Made by a program: the position numbers and the translations under genes. A stretch of 64,000 nucleotides of DNA from the NCBI RefSeq assembly GCF_009914755.1, contig NC_060947.1; one strand, written 5' to 3'. Shown piece after piece: positions 61,550-64,000 of this stretch. The notes below the pieces were generated by a model. That model worked only from the letters and a program-made list of their open reading frames with translations, was not told the DNA's origin and did not search any database. Positions within the stretch are counted from its first letter, which is position 1; every line of letters begins with the position of its first letter. Source of the stretch: the human T2T-CHM13v2.0 reference genome, Homo sapiens.

Positions 61550-62900
61550 AATACAGCGCCCCCAGTGGGGAGAGGCGTTCCCCGCCCTGGCCCCGTGCCC
61601 ACACTGGCCAGGCAGTCGGTCGTTCTACCCGCCCACCCCCCTACTCGACTGCAACTCCCATTCCCTTCCCCCCTTACCTTTTACCCCCCGCAACTCAGGC
61701 TGAACGCCCCCTTAGAGTCTCCTAAGGCCGTCGCCACCAGGAGCCTTTCCCGCCCCCGCGATCTCAGTTTCTATTCCCTCCCCACTCTGCAGGAGCCCCC
61801 CAGCTCCCCAGTCTTTACCCACCCTGTCTGGCCCCACCCCCCCTCCCCGCGTTGCTAGGTCCTCCCTCGGCCCTTCCCCCGCCCCCACAAACTGCCCTTC
61901 GCAACCCCTTCCCCCCAGTTACCTTTCAGGTCGCCCACTTCCTCAGCCCCGTCCCCCTTTCCCATTGCTCCTCCAGTCCTCCCTTCTCCTGTTGCCCACC
62001 CCCAACCTCAGGCATTTACAGGAAGACATTTTGGAGCTACGATCTCTCCTTAGACCCCCCCACCACCGCCTCCCGGCTACTGCAAGATCCCGCTTGCAGG
62101 TTCGGTTCGGCTTGAGCAGGCCCGACCCCTACCTGCGGCAGGGTTAGTGCAAAGGCTACAAGCCTAGAACTGCAGACAGCGACGGCCCCGCGCTCCTTCT
62201 CTACCTCCCTCCCTAGCAGCCGGGACAGGGGTCGCGGCCCCTTTAAATGGCAGCGCCGCTCGCAGCGCCCAGCGCTCTGCACCAGGCGGGCGGGCGGTGC
62301 CAGCAACCAACCCCATTGGCTGGCTCGAGGAGGGGGCTCGCGAGACAGCGCCGGCCCCCGGCGCGAGACTCCCAGTCCAGTGGCCGCCTGGAAATTGCGG
62401 AGTGGAATGCAGCCACTAGAGACGGCGCCTGAGCCCCCGCCCGGGGCCCCGTTAGTTGAGAAGGAAAAGATAGCCTCTGGAGCTTTGAAGCCGGCCCCCC
62501 GGGAAAGGCGGCGTCCCCTTTCCACCCAAGGGCCGAGTGCGCTCACCCACAAAAAACACAGATCTACGCACCTGCTCCCCTTACCTGGCTCAAGAGTCTG
62601 GCCCCCGTCACACCCTGCTCGCCCTACCTCCTGGAGCCCACTCTACCCGTGATCCCCTCCTCTCATTCAAATGGTTCCCGGTCCCCTCCCCCTCCCCGTG
62701 TCTCTCTTAGCTTCCCACTCGTGTTCACCCCCTCGGCGTCCGCCCCCCTCAATAGTCCCTACCTACGCCATGCAGCAGGCGCCTGCCAAGATTACCCTCC
62801 CCCATCCCCACCTCTCCGGGTCCCGCCCCCTGGGCGACTGTTGGGGTAGTGAGTGACAGCGGAGGACGGGGGGAGGCAGGGACCCAGCCCTCACGTGCCC
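61550..62900 (-). promoter_or_regulatory. ZMYM3: ZMYM3 CpG-rich promoter region with alternative non-coding first exons
   Basis: High GC/CpG; TTTAAA (62242-47), CCAAT on - (62315-19), GC boxes; strong donor CAG|GTAGGG with exon end at 62133. Confidence 0.8.
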
Positions 62901-63186
62901 CTCCTTCCCTTGTCTGCAGCCACGGGGCCCCCAAAACAGTCTGAGAGTCAGAGTTATGGGGTATCTGAAGCTTGATCCCCAGCCACACAGGTCGGGTTAA
63001 ATGGCTCTGGCTCAGTGGCAACGCCTGTGCAGTAACCGTTACTGCTTGATGACCCCCAAACCAGGTCCTGCAAAGCTACCCCCTACTCTCTCAACAGTCT
63101 TAGGGTAAGTTCTGGGATCTTCTCCCTGAGTCTTCCTGCAGGAGCTCCCTGTATTATCTATGGAGTTTTCCTCCCTCACCAGGGCT

Positions 63187-63188
<2 letters not shown>

Positions 63189-63246
<58 letters not shown>
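63189..63246 (-). repeat. ZMYM3: (GA)29 repeat in the ZMYM3 upstream 5'UTR exon, followed by a degenerate GA-rich tract to about 63365
   Basis: 29 TC units on +; donor CTG|GTGAGG with exon end at 63180 immediately downstream on -. Confidence 0.92.
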
Positions 63247-63251
<5 letters not shown>

Positions 63252-64000
63252 CTCTCTCTCTCTTTCTCCTCCAGCCCCCTTTCTGTCCTTGTCTGTCTCT
63301 CTCTTCTCGCTCTCTCTCTCTCTCTCCCCCTATCTCTTTTTGTCTCCTTCTCTGCCTCTCTGCTTCTCGTGCGCACGAGCACGCAGGCGCGCTACACGCT
63401 CCCCCCTCCTGGATGGTCCTTAGCATGTGGGTGTGGCTGAGGTTAGGCTAGAGAAGTGGAGTAGGGGTAGGTGGCACTAGCGTTAAGCCTACTGCCTTTA
63501 AAAAATTGTGCCAGCATCCATTCTCAGTCCGCATTATATTAATAGTTAGAGCACTTTACAATCCCCGCTCCCCACTTCCCACCACAGCCCCTAAGGGCTG
63601 AGAGCATTTAGTAGCCGAACTACTAGAGGAGGCTCAGGCTGGAAGGAAGTCTCCTTAGGAACAGGAAGGTTTGGTATCCAGTGCCTATTCTAGCCTGCCT
63701 CGTTGACTTCTGGCCTCTCCTCCTGGCCACACAAAGCCTCTCCTGCTCTTGTAGTCCTCGGGAGTTTACCCTCCCTTTTCTCATTCCTTTTCCCAGAAAC
63801 CTTATCCTTGCTAGCTCCCCACATGGCCTTGAGGTTATCTTTGCTCCCTCCTACATACAGAGATAAAAGCCAGAGTTTCTTACTTTTAGATTTCCCAAAT
63901 CCAGCTTTCTCTTTGTCTTAACCAGCATTCTGTGTACCCATCTCCTACCTCCTGTTTATTTCTATTCCTGGACCTCCCCTTTGCATTTTCTGCTTGTTCC

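Overview
Human-type, very Alu-rich genomic DNA recognisable as the Xq13.1 GJB1-ZMYM3 locus. On the + strand is GJB1 (connexin 32): single coding exon 31789-32640, liver-type exon 1A near 23.3 kb, and nerve-type exon 1B with TATA/SOX10/EGR2 sites near 31.3 kb. On the - strand is ZMYM3: 24 coding exons traced by hand from 61359 to 49020, summing to 4113 nt (1370 aa plus stop), with a CpG-island promoter and a (GA)29 repeat. Almost all other ORFs in the supplied track are Alu or microsatellite artefacts. The most striking unexplained signal is an ancient, heavily fragmented Ty3/Gypsy LTR retrotransposon of the Mag / 'K02A2.6-like' type on the - strand upstream of GJB1 (about 8.3-19.5 kb, possibly to 21 kb). 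Its gag, pol N-terminal, RT-thumb/RNase H and integrase motifs are still readable in the correct order between later L2, L1 and Alu insertions. I recognised these motifs by eye and they need profile-search confirmation.
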